The notes beneath the pieces were generated by a model. It was not told the origin of the DNA. It ran no database searches and saw only the letters and a list, made by a program, of their open reading frames with translations. Made by a program: the position numbers and the translations under genes. A DNA stretch of 64,000 nt, from contig NC_043010.1 of the NCBI RefSeq assembly GCF_006345805.1, forward strand, positions 26,164,001 to 26,228,000, written 5' to 3'. Below are positions 1-11,090 of the stretch, piece after piece. Position 1 is the stretch's first letter. Each line of letters begins with the position of its first letter. The DNA is from Octopus sinensis (lineage: Eukaryota).

Positions 1-392
1 CTTCCCGTCCATGTGCTTTGGGGTTCATTCCTGCTGCACAGCACCTTGGGCAAGTGTCTTCCATTATAGCCTCGAGCCAACCAGAACGTTCTGGGGTTGA
101 TTTCTTTTGTCTAAATTTCAAGGCAGTGCTACAGCATAGCAGCAATCCAAAGACTGAATTAAGTGAAAGCTAAAAGATATATACACACAGATATATACAA
201 CAGACACACATATGCACACACATACATAAATATACAGGCATACATATAAATCTGTAAGACAGAATCAGAAGTGCATTGTGATCAGTAGTGTATAACAGCA
301 TCTGGTGGTCTTTGTTGATACTGTGATATTTGTATGTAAACACATATGTGCATGTATGTTTATATATGTATGTGAGTATATCGATATATATG

Positions 393-442
<50 letters not shown>

Positions 443-868
443 TGTATGTGTGCGTGTATATATATTCATACATACCATACACAAACTTAGAAAAATGTGT
501 ATGTGTATATATATGTGTATGTATAGAAAACTGGCACTCCGTCAGTAATGACGACAAGGGTTCCAGTTCATCCGATCAACAGTGCTTGTGAAATTAATAT
601 GCAAGTGGCTGAGCGCTCCACAGACACGTGTACCCTTAATGTAGTTCTCAGGGAGATTCAGTGTGACACTGAATATGACAAGGCTGGCCCTTTGAAATAC
701 AGGTACTACTCATTTTTGCCAGCTGAATAGGACTGAAACAACGTGAAATAAAGTGTCTTGCTCAAGGACACAACGCATCACTGGGAATTGAACTCATGAC
801 CTTATGATTTTGAGCTGAATACCCCTAACCACTAAACCAAACACCTTCACTGTATGTATATGTGTATA

Positions 869-873
<5 letters not shown>
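1..873. repeat. Left arm of a long inverted duplication (partner ~3979-4848)
   Basis: The reverse complement of 1-873 matches 3979-4848 nearly base for base, through two SINE pieces, unique sequence and an (AC)n tract. The ORF track shows mirrored near-identical peptides (548..730 vs 4122..4304; 170..484 vs 4417..4731). Confidence 0.92.
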
Positions 874-912
<39 letters not shown>

Positions 913-1912
913 TAATAAAAAAATTATGAATAATAAGGACACAAAAATTGAAGACTTTGACCACCCTAGTGAAAACAACGATTAAAGAGTTTATCAAATA
1001 AACCAATGAAGGTAGAATAGTAACATGACCCTGTTTCTAGGCAGCAGATTCTTCCCTTGTCCAGTGGGGTTAAAAAGTCAGTTTTGAACTATTTTTAGAA
1101 CAACATCCAACACACAGTTAAACAAAAGAACTAAAAGCTTACCATTCAGTCAGAATAAATTCTCCATTTGGGAGAAGTTGAAAAAGTAGCAGCTAATACA
1201 CCCAGAAAAGGTCGTTGTTTTATAACATCATAATGCACTTTAAAGGAGCAAATATGGACAATTGCAATTTGCCAAAACGTAATGTAGGCAAAAAACATAA
1301 GAACTTATGGCAAGAGTTGCTATGTGGCAGGAAACTTGCCTTCCAACCACATGGTTCTAGGTTCAGTCCCACTGTGTGGCACCTTGAGCAAGTGTCTTCT
1401 ACTATAGCTTCAGGTTGACCAAAGCTTGTGAGTGGATTTGGTAGACAGAAACTGAAAGAAACCTGTCATACGTATGTATGTATTTGTGTGTCTGTGTTTG
1501 TCTCCCCATCATCATTTAACAACTGATACAATATGTACAAGGCTTATAAAGAATAAGTCCTGGGGTTGATTTGCTTGACTAAAGGTGGTGCTCTAGCATG
1601 GTCGCAGTCAAATAACTGAAACAAGTAAAAGAATATATATGTAATTTTTTATGGATCTTTTATTAAGCATATGTTCGACTCAGCCGTTTGTTTTTGAATT
1701 CCAATTATATCTCTTATTCCAATTAATTAATCTAATCTAATTAATTAATCTGGGACCATAAAGCTTTATATGATTCTCTATAATGATGTAATAAAATGCA
1801 AATATGTGAACATTTGGAATGTTATCTCTTCTCCCCCCCCCAATCCCCAGTCATTTACATATCATCTCTGCAACTCCCATTTTGATATTCAATATACATA
1901 TATAATAGGTAT

Positions 1913-2290
1913 GTAGAGGTGCAATGGCCCAGTGGTTAGGGCAGCAGGCCCATGGTTGTAGGATTGCAGTTTCAATTCCCAGACAAGGCGTTGTGAGTGT
2001 TTATTGAGTGAAAACACCTAAAGCTCTACGAAGCTCCAGCAGGGGGTGGTGGCAAACGCTACTGTACTCTTTCACCACAAATTTCTCTCTTTCTTCTTGT
2101 TTCTGTTGTACCTGTATTTGAAAGGGGCCAGCCTTGTCACACTCTGTGTCATGCTGAATCTCCCCTGAGAACTACGTTAAAGGTACATATGTCTGTGGAG
2201 TGCTCAGCCACTTGCACGTTAATTTTACGAGCAAGCTGTTCTATTGATTGGATCAACTGGAACCCTCGTCATCGTAACAGATGGAGTACC
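1913..2290 (+). mobile_element. tRNA-derived SINE 'family B'
   Basis: Head TGGCCCAGTGG...GTTTCAATTCC and 3' module gggccagccttgtcacactctg...ggaaccctcgtc. Related copies at 530-850 (-), 4002-4320, 19880-20130, 40305-40678 (-), 40853-41090, 52385-52675, 55830-56095. Confidence 0.88.
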
Positions 2291-2733
2291 ACAATAACAG
2301 GTATATAGACAAATCATAATTGTCATCATTTAATGTCCGTTTTCCATGCTTGCATGGATTGAACAGTTCAACAAGAGCAGGCACGCTGGTGAGCTCTGTT
2401 TTGGCGTGGTTTCTATGACTGGATGCCCTTTCTAATGCCAACCACTTTACAGAGTGTCCTGGGTGTGTTTTATGGGACACCATCACCAGTGCCTTTTATG
2501 TATCACATTTATCACATACTTCACAAAATTAAAATATTGTTATAAATCTTTGGTTAAACATTATTGAGTATCATTTGTTTCTTTTGTTTGTTTAAAGAGG
2601 AACAATTCTTAATGGACATTTTGATAATATTTCTTTCACAAAGAAAAAAAAAGAATATATTTGATTTAAGTTTCATCATTATTATTACTATTATTATTAT
2701 TATTACTATTATTATCAGTACTATTATTATTAT

Positions 2734-2947
2734 TAAGGTGGCAAGCTGGTAGAATTGTTAGCGCACCGGGTGAAATGCTTAGAGGCATTTCGCCTCTTCT
2801 TACATTCTGAGTTCAAATTCCGCCGAGGTTGACTTTACCTTCTTCGTTTTGGGGGTCAATGAAATAAGTACAGTTGAGCACTGGGTGCAATATAATTGAC
2901 TTCCCTCTTCCCCTAAATTTCAGGCCTTGTACCTATAGTAGAAATTA

Positions 2948-3002
<55 letters not shown>

Positions 3003-3812
3003 GGTGGCGAGCTGGCAGAATTGTTTGCACACTAAGCAAAATACTTAGCGGTATTTCGTCTGCCGCTATGTTCTGAATTCATATTCCACTGAGGTCTACT
3101 TTGCTTTTCATCCTTTTGGGGGTCAATAAATTAAGTACCAGTGAAATACTGGAGTCGTTGTAATCAACTAGTCCCCTCCTGCTAAATTTCAGGCCTTGTT
3201 CCTTTTGTAGAAAGGATTATTATTATTGTTTAAGGTGGTGAGCTGGCAGAATTGTTACTGTGCTGGACAAAATGCTTAGTATTTTGTCCAACTTTATGTT
3301 CTGTGTTAAAATTCCACAGGGGTCAACTTTACTTCTCATATTTCGGGGTCGATAAAATAAGTACCATTTGAGCACTGGGGTCAATGAAACGGACCTACCC
3401 CTTCCCCACAAATTTCAGGTCTTTGCCTATACTAGACAGAGGATTATTATTATTATTATTATTTATGTTTAGCAGAATCTTTGGAGCATTGGGAACAATG
3501 CCTTGTGGTGTTTGTTCTGGGATTTTGTATTCTGAGTTCCAATCCTTCTAAGGTTAACAGTGTCCCTTTCTTCCCTCCAACATTGATAAAATGAGATATC
3601 CTTTTCTACTCTAGGCACAAGGCCTGAAATTTTCTTGGGGAGTGTGCCAGTCAATTAGATCGACCCTCAGCACAAAACTGGTACTTCATTTATCAACCCT
3701 GTAAAGATGAAAGGCAAAGTTGACCTCGGTGGAATTTGAACTCAAAATGTAAAGACAGACGAAATACTGCTAAGCATTTCGCCCAGCATGCTAACGATTC
3801 TGACAACTCGCC
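2734..3812. mobile_element. Chain of SINE 'family C' copies separated by (TTA)n
   Basis: Copies at ~2734-2945, 3001-3217, 3230-3443 (+) and 3597-3812 (-). B-box-like GAGTTCAAATTCC. About 15 further copies lie elsewhere, e.g. 30037-30255, 30340-30556, 47310-47520, 54225-54585, 55550-55740, 56125-56280, 58300-58710. Confidence 0.88.
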
Positions 3813-3978
3813 TGATGAGATATCAGTTAAAAACTGGTGTTGATGCTGCAAACAACCTTGAAGTTCCTGGTCTTGTATCCTTATTAATATTAGCCATAAG
3901 TAAAACAGGGAGCTGGCAGAATAGAACCTAATTAATTAGAACCTATTAATATATTAAAATATATATATATATGTATGT

Positions 3979-4409
3979 ATGCATATACACATATACATAC
4001 AGTGAAGGGGTTTGGTTTAGTGGTTAGGGGTATTCAGCTCAAACTCATAAGGTCATGAGTTCAAATCCCAGTGATGCGTTGTGTCCTTGAGCAAGACACT
4101 TTATTTCACGTTGTTTCAGTCCTATTCAGCTGGCAAAAATGAGTTGTACCTGTATTTCAAAGGGCCAGCCTTGTCATATTCAGTGTCACACTGAATCTCC
4201 CTGAGAACTACATTAAGGGTACACGTGTCTGTGGAGTGCTCAGCCACTTGCATATTAATTTCACAAGCACTGTTGACCGGATGAACTGGAACCCTTGTCG
4301 TCATTACTGACGGAGTGCCAGTTTTCTATACGTACACATATATATACACATACACACTTTTTTAAGTTTGTGTACGGTATGTATGAATATATATACACAC
4401 ACACATACA

Positions 4410-4457
<48 letters not shown>

Positions 4458-4848
4458 CATATATATCGATATACTCACATACATATATAAACATACATGC
4501 ACATATGTGTTTACATACAAATATCACAGTATCAACAAAGACCACCAGATGCTGTTATACACTACTGATCACAATGCACTTCTGATTCTGTCTTACAGAT
4601 TTATATGTATGCCTGTATATTTATGTATGTGTGTGCATATGTGTGTCTGTTGTATATATCTGTGTGTATATCCTTTTAGCTTTCACTTAATTCAGTCTTT
4701 GGATTGCTGCTATGCTGTAGCACTGCCTTGAAAGTTTAGACAAAAGAAATCAACCCCAGAACTTTCTGGTTGGCTCGAGGCTATAATGGAAGACACTTGC
4801 CCAAGGGGCTGTGCAGCAGGAATGAACCCAAAGCACATGGACGGGAAG
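3979..4848. repeat. Right arm of the long inverted duplication (partner 1-873)
   Basis: Same match as above. The match runs to window position 1, so the arms probably extend further. Confidence 0.92.
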
Positions 4849-5444
4849 TAAGCTTCTTACCACACAGCCACACCTGTATTTTCAATACATAGCTATCAAA
4901 GCGACCAGCAGAGTATTAACAAACAACAACAACACACACCATGCAACTTCACTGAATACAGCAGCTTCCTTGTAGAAGAAAAGTGTATTCCAGTATCAGG
5001 CAGTCTGTCTCTGTATAACTATAATGGACATTGCTGTGACCAATGATCAGCCTAAACATCTATAGGAAATACAATTGTAGATGGGAAAAATTCTGGTTGA
5101 GCATTGGGGGTCAATATAATGAACTACCCACCCCACAAAACCAATTTCAGGCCTTGTGCCTTAGTAGAAAGGATGACAATGATGATTATTATTGTTGTTG
5201 TTGTTGTTGTTGTTGATATTAATATTATTATTATTATTATTGAGTGAGAGAGCAGTGCATGCAATCAAAGTGACACTGGGGTAAAATATACGAAGCCCAG
5301 TATACCCATCCTGACTATCCATCTGATAAGGGTATACTAGGCACATGCATCACAACCATATGTGCGCAACATGGTGATCTCATATCAAGATAAACAGCAC
5401 ATGACCTTGCAGGTGGAGCCCAGTTAGAATTTTCTTCTTGTCGA

Positions 5445-5544
5445 NNNNNNNNNNNNNNNNNNNNNNNNNNNNNNNNNNNNNNNNNNNNNNNNNNNNNNNN
5501 NNNNNNNNNNNNNNNNNNNNNNNNNNNNNNNNNNNNNNNNNNNN
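5445..5544. other. Assembly gap (100 N)
   Basis: Run of exactly 100 n, a typical placeholder for a gap of unknown size. Confidence 1.
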
Positions 5545-5566
5545 TATATGTATATATATATATGTG

Positions 5567-6302
5567 TATATAGGGTACTATTATTCATAGTACTTGCTTG
5601 AATTTTGCATTCGGTACAATTTGTTTATTTTAGTAGTTTTGACTGCAAAAGTCCCTCCTAGCGTGCGGTACCTATGAATAATAGTACTCTCTACATAATA
5701 TAAATAAATATTTTCAAAGTGGAAAAATTTACAGATTTTTTCTCTTACGAGGTTTTTCACGCTAACTGCTGATAATTTCTTATAAAGATTTTATCCTTAA
5801 TTTTAAATTTATATTTTTCACCGGAATAGTTCAATACTGAATTTTTGTTCCGAGTAGGCAAGTTGTTACCGAAATGCATTGCGAATAAGCCCGCCATTTT
5901 CATAGATATGTAAAGATAAACATTCGTACATGCTACGACGAATTCTATGGTTGGCTGTCGGGTATGTAATGTTGTGTTTTTTCTTATATGTCTTGAGTTC
6001 GTTGCACTGAAGAGCATAGAATGCATATTCTGCATTGATTGCGAAATCACAGGTGATATGTAACTAAATTCTGTTTTTAAATGACTTGCTTTGAAGTTTT
6101 GCATTCGGTACAATTTGTTTATTTTAGTAGTTTTGACTGCAAAAGTACCTCCTAGCATGCAGTACCTATGAATAATAGTACCCTCTATATAATATAAATA
6201 AACATTTTCAAAGTGGAAAAATTTACTGATTTTTTCTCTTACGAGGTTTTTCACACTAACTACTGATAATTTCTTATAAAGATTTTATCCTTAATTTTAA
6301 AT
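5567..6302 (+). mobile_element. ORF-less partial-tandem element (~492-bp period) carrying a hammerhead; Penelope pLTR-like or retrozyme-like
   Basis: 5592-5808 is repeated at 6084-6302. 5567-5593 is an inverted copy of ~6162-6190. Hammerhead fold at 6001-6064. Confidence 0.65.
6001..6064 (+). ncRNA. Candidate type I hammerhead ribozyme, canonical core
   Basis: Stem I GTTGCA/TGTAAC; core CTGAAGA; stem II GCA..AATGCA-TATTC-TGCATT..TGC; GAAA; stem III ATCAC-AG-GTGAT; cleavage triplet ATA (6056-6058). Confidence 0.8.
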
Positions 6303-6307
6303 ATATG

Positions 6308-6341
<34 letters not shown>

Positions 6342-6409
6342 GGTATATATATATATATATATGGCCACAGCTCATGGGCTGAAACTAGAATCAATCAATC
6401 AATCAATCA

Positions 6410-6455
<46 letters not shown>

Positions 6456-6503
6456 ATGTGCGTGTATATATATATGTTGTATGTGTATGTATGTGTGTGT
6501 ATA

Positions 6504-6544
<41 letters not shown>

Positions 6545-6737
6545 AAGTGAGAGTCTCCTTATTTACCTAAACTCTATTATTCTATTTATTCTTTTATCTA
6601 CTTTATCACTGATTCCTTTGACCACTCCCCTAAGAATGATAGTTTGCGCCATGCCTACCCCAAAAAGTCCCCCACCACCACCCCTGTAAACCTGCCTAAG
6701 TGTATAAATGCCAAAACAATTCTTGTCACCTAGCTTC

Positions 6738-6783
6738 CTTCCTGATGATTCTTTTGAATGAAACAGTTCTAGTCCTGTAGAAG
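6738..6783 (+). ncRNA. Candidate type I hammerhead ribozyme with one extra U before GAAA
   Basis: CTTC-CTGATGA-TTC-TTTT-GAA-T-GAAA-CAG-TTCTAGTC-CTG-TA-GAAG. 4-bp stem I, 3-bp stem II, 4-bp stem III, GTA triplet. Confidence 0.62.
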
Positions 6784-6799
6784 CTCCTTCTATAAAATA

Positions 6800-6858
6800 A
6801 ATATATATATATATATGTATATATATATATGTATATATATATGTATATGTATATATGT

Positions 6859-6903
<45 letters not shown>

Positions 6904-7065
6904 GTATATATGTATATATATACATATATACATATATATACATATACATATATATATACATATTATATGTATGTATATATATTATGTATGATATATATAT
7001 ATTATAATATATAAATATATATGTATGTATATATATATATGTATGTATATATATATATATGTATG

Positions 7066-7096
<31 letters not shown>

Positions 7097-7097
7097 G

Positions 7098-7136
<39 letters not shown>

Positions 7137-7151
7137 ATATGTATATATATA

Positions 7152-7184
<33 letters not shown>

Positions 7185-7209
7185 ATATATATGTATATAA
7201 TATATATAT

Positions 7210-7250
<41 letters not shown>

Positions 7251-7257
7251 TATATAT
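6800..7257. repeat. Long degenerate (AT)n/(ATGT)n microsatellite
   Basis: Read directly from the sequence. Source of the IYIY ORFs in the track. Confidence 0.98.
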
Positions 7258-7884
7258 TGGTAAAACGGTAAGATAACAAAAGAAGAAAGAGACCTCAATA
7301 TTAGGTAAATAGAGGGAATTTATCTATAAAATAATATGTTGCATTACTCGATAGTCAAGATAAAACTCTGAGTTTCAGATGCCGAAGTGGGAATCCACAA
7401 CGTCATCTCTGCGGTTATCTGGCTATTTGAAAACGCTATGAAAAAATACCATTATACAAAGGGAAATTACTGTGTTATAACTCTGCTTGCCTGCGTACTT
7501 ATACATTGCTATGTAAACGTACACATCTTCACTCGCATTTTTCACCATAAAAAATTATATAAAAATACATAAAAAATATATAAAAATATATATAAAAAAT
7601 ATACATAAAATATATATAAAAAATATATGATAGAAGGTATGATGAGGTAAAAAAACCTTCTTGGGACATAACATAGAAAGCATGTTCTATCTGTTTTCTT
7701 TAGGGGACCAAAAACGTAACAGAAATTTAGTCACATATGGGCATGATCCGAAAAGTTCTGTCCTTGAGTTTAGACATGTAGTAGGGTCTAAACTGCTTTT
7801 CCAGATAAGCCATCTCTCCATTTCGCATAGACCGCACCTTCCGCTGCCGTTGGTATAGGCCTTACATTTGGCCAGAATCTTCCA
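7258..7884 (-). mobile_element. 5'-truncated Penelope-like element (endonuclease C-terminus plus pLTR)
   Basis: The minus-strand ORF end resembles the PLE GIY-YIG C-terminus and is followed by a non-coding pLTR-like tail with a decayed hammerhead fold (7358-7420). Confidence 0.75.
7687..7884 (-). pseudogene. Penelope-like GIY-YIG endonuclease C-terminal fragment
   Basis: WKILAKCKAYTNGSGRCGLCEMERWLIWKSSLDPTTCLNSRTELFGSCPYVTKFLLRFWSPKENR*. Matches the Y-x-N-x-S-x-RC-x-LC...LN-x-R-x-EL...C...KFLL pattern of PLE endonucleases. Not in the ORF track because it has no start codon. Confidence 0.78.
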
Positions 7885-9307
7885 ATAAATACGATATTAA
7901 TTGGTATTGTCTAAGATTTTGGTGTAATTTGAGTGGATAATATAAAAGTTATGGATGATTTAGTGATTTACTGCAAAATCCATGGTGGCCAAAATGATCA
8001 GAACGGTTGAAAAAAATAACAAAATAATCAAAAAGTGACAGAGAATGCTGAAATTATTTCATATTTAGTGTGAAGCCCTTTAGCTTCAATCAAAGTTTGA
8101 CATTTTTGACTGCATGGGGAAATTAAATTTTCAATTTCTTGCTGGGTGATCTTATTCCATTCTTCCTGAAGGGCATTCCATAATTGCTTGGTTGTTTTAG
8201 GATTTCTGGCTTTCAAACGTTCTCCTAGAATATTCCACACATTTTCAATAGGATTGAGGTCTGGGCTTTGAGCAGGCCAATCCATAACAATAACCTTTTC
8301 AGGCTTGAGGAAGTTCATGACCACCTTAGCCTTGTGACATGGGGCATTGTCCTGCATGAATGGGTGGTCGCTTAGTTGAATTTCTCAGCACAGGCAAGAC
8401 ATGATCTTCTACAAGTTGTTTATAAACTCCTGCATTTACCTTTCCATGTAATCACAGCAAAGGGCCCACAACATCTCCAGATATCCCCCAAACCATGACA
8501 CTTCCTCCACTGAATTTAACACTAGTCTTAATGCATTTAGGTGACAATTTTTCACCTGCTTTTCGACGAATGTACCTTTTCCCATCTGAGCCAAATAACA
8601 TAGACTTAGATTCATCAATGAAATGCACCGTTTGCCATTTTTCTTGAGACCACAACACATGTTCGGTTGCAAAGGTAAGACGACACTTTTTATTCTTGGA
8701 GCTGATCAGTGGCTTCACTGCAGGTGCTCTTGCTTGTAGGTCATGTTCAACTAAAGGACGAGACACAGTTTTTCTTCAGTACAATGCTCATTTCCCGAAA
8801 AACAGCAGCAGCAGTTTTAAATCTGTCCTTTTTAACAAACTTTACCATAGCACGATCTTCTCTCTTGGTCGTTTTTCTTGGCCTACCTGTAGACTTTCTT
8901 GCTTCACACGAATCACAATCATCGTAGACCTTAAGAATACTGTGAACAACACTTTTTGACTTGTTAACAATCTTTGCAATAGACCTAATACTTAAATTAT
9001 CCTTCTTTCAAAGCTTAATAATCTGCTGACGAATTGGTAATGGAGTAAGTGGCATTATATTAACAAAGTACACGGAGTAAAAGCAACCGTTCTGATCATT
9101 TTGGCCGCCATGGGTTTTGCAGTAAATCACTAAATCATCCATAACTTTTTTATTATCATCTCAAATTACACCAAAATCTCAAACAATAACAAATAATATC
9201 ATATTTATTGTCTATGAAAATTATAGAATATAAAACAACTTTGATAAAAATTTATATCTACTTTTCTGACGAAAACAATGCCGTTCTGAACATTTTGGCC
9301 GCAACTG
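7883..9307 (-). mobile_element. Tc1-family DNA transposon with long IR/DR-type terminal repeats, left end truncated
   Basis: The right end reads ...ttttggccgcaaCTG followed by TA (9308-9309). 7883-8008 is the inverted partner of ~9085-9210. The motif GGCCAAAATG(A/T)TCAGAACGG occurs as an inner and an outer repeat in the right TIR. Confidence 0.92.
8028..9055 (-). pseudogene. Tc1 DD34E transposase, disrupted
   Basis: MPLTPLPIRQQIIKL*... HTH, GRPRK linker, HFIDESK, GGSVMVWG, MQDNAPCH...WPAQSPDLNPIE with exactly 34 residues between D and E. Several stops and a frameshift near 8360. Confidence 0.95.
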
Positions 9308-10325
9308 TATATATATATCATCATCATCATTTAATGTTCCTTTTTCCATGCTGACATGGGTTGGACAGTTCAACATTAGCTAACAAAGCAAAGGACAGTG
9401 CTGAGCTCCAGTGTCTGCTTTGCCAAGGTTTATAAAGCTGGATTCCCTCCCTAACACCAACCACTTCCACATTACAGAGTACTTTTTCCTGACACTAGGA
9501 CTGGTGAGGTCACCAAGTATCCGTAAGACTAAATCGCTCAGCTGAGTGGGGATGTTGTATTGTGTGATATGAAAGTATGATTACAAGGACAGGAGCAAGT
9601 GTCTCCTGTCCTTGTGAATATATGGTTTCCCCAGCTGGAGTTCTGAGTTCAAATTCTGCTGAGTTCAACTTTGCCTTCCATTCTCACAGGGTCAGTAAAA
9701 TAAGTACCAGTTAAGTACTGAGGTTGATGTAATCAGCTTATCTGCATCCCTTTAAAAAATTGTTGTCCTTGATCCAAAAATGAGAAAGAATGTAACTCAC
9801 ACTGGTGTGACACTAGTGAAGGTAGTCACATGGTAAGGGTGTTTTCATGTAGGCAATGCTTCATGGGTTCTTTTCTCAGTTACCATCATGGCTTAAAATG
9901 GTGCACATCTTTTTTTTTTCCTTTTATTTGTTTCATTTATTGAACTGCGGTCATGCTGGTGCACTACCTCGAACGATTTTAACAAATCGACCTCCAATAC
10001 TCATTATTATCAAGTGTGGCACTTACTCTATCAATTCTTTTCGCCAAAGCACTATGTTAAGGGGACACAAACAAACCGACACTGGTTGTAAAGCAGTGGT
10101 GGGAGACAAAAACAAATGCAAAGACACACACACACACACACTCATACATTTTCCCTGAAGAATTTTAATTGAACAAATCAAACCCAATACTTATTGTTTA
10201 CACCTGATATTTGTTCTATCAGTTTCTTTTTGCCCAACCACTAAGATATGGGGACAGAAGCATACCAACACCAGTTGTCAAGAGGTGGTGGGGAACAAAA
10301 GTTGACATAGACACACACATAGATA

Positions 10326-10366
<41 letters not shown>

Positions 10367-11052
10367 ATATATATATATATATACACACACACATACATAT
10401 ATACACACACACACCACACATATACACACATATATACACATATATACATATATATATATACACACATATATATAATATATATATACATAAATATATATAT
10501 ATACATACATAACAAAGTGGAGTTGTAGGGTACCGTACAAGTGGAATTATATACGATAGAAGGTTTGAAAATGCAATTTTAAAAGATGTTTATTTACTTT
10601 ACTGGTTTCACCATTTGGAAAAAGATTGTCAAAAGTAACATGTAGAAGTTTGGTTGCGTTAATTATTGGTTGTTACAAAATGCTACATTACATATATACA
10701 GTCTTTGGTAACAAGGACATGTTAAGGACATAAAAAAGTTTAACAAGTTCCTTAAAATATTGGGCACAAAATATTACAGCATAAATAATCTTTCTCAAGA
10801 ACATGTTAAAGATAGTTTCCAGAAGGAATTATTAAAAAGTTCAGTGGGATATTGCTATTGTATCTGTATATTCAAACATGCACAGAATATTGGTTGACGC
10901 AGAGTACTACAATCCATATAAATATACATTCTTTGGTGACAAGAGCATGTTAAGAACATAAAAAAGTTTAATAAGTTCATTGAAATATTGGGCACAAAAG
11001 ATTACAACAAATATATTATACATTCTCAAGATAATTTCCAGAAGGAATTATT

Positions 11053-11089
<37 letters not shown>

Positions 11090-11090
<1 letters not shown>

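Noticed and set aside
1144-1195. Possible next NDRG exon on the minus strand (ag|...LLLFQLLPNGEFILTEW|gtaagc)
   Set aside because: It has splice-like sites, but the peptide does not resemble the NDRG sequence expected after FKDK, and the acceptor is weak.
3812-3845. CTGATGA followed by GATATC as a hammerhead
   Set aside because: No GAAA box and no stem I or III pairing.
5757-6254. 165-aa minus-strand ORF (MKNLVREKISKFF...)
   Set aside because: No recognisable domain. It begins and ends in the duplicated segment and is antisense to the hammerhead, so it is most likely incidental.
9798-9891. Minus-strand segment bounded by ag and gtgagt
   Set aside because: Stops occur in all three frames, so there is no support as a coding exon.
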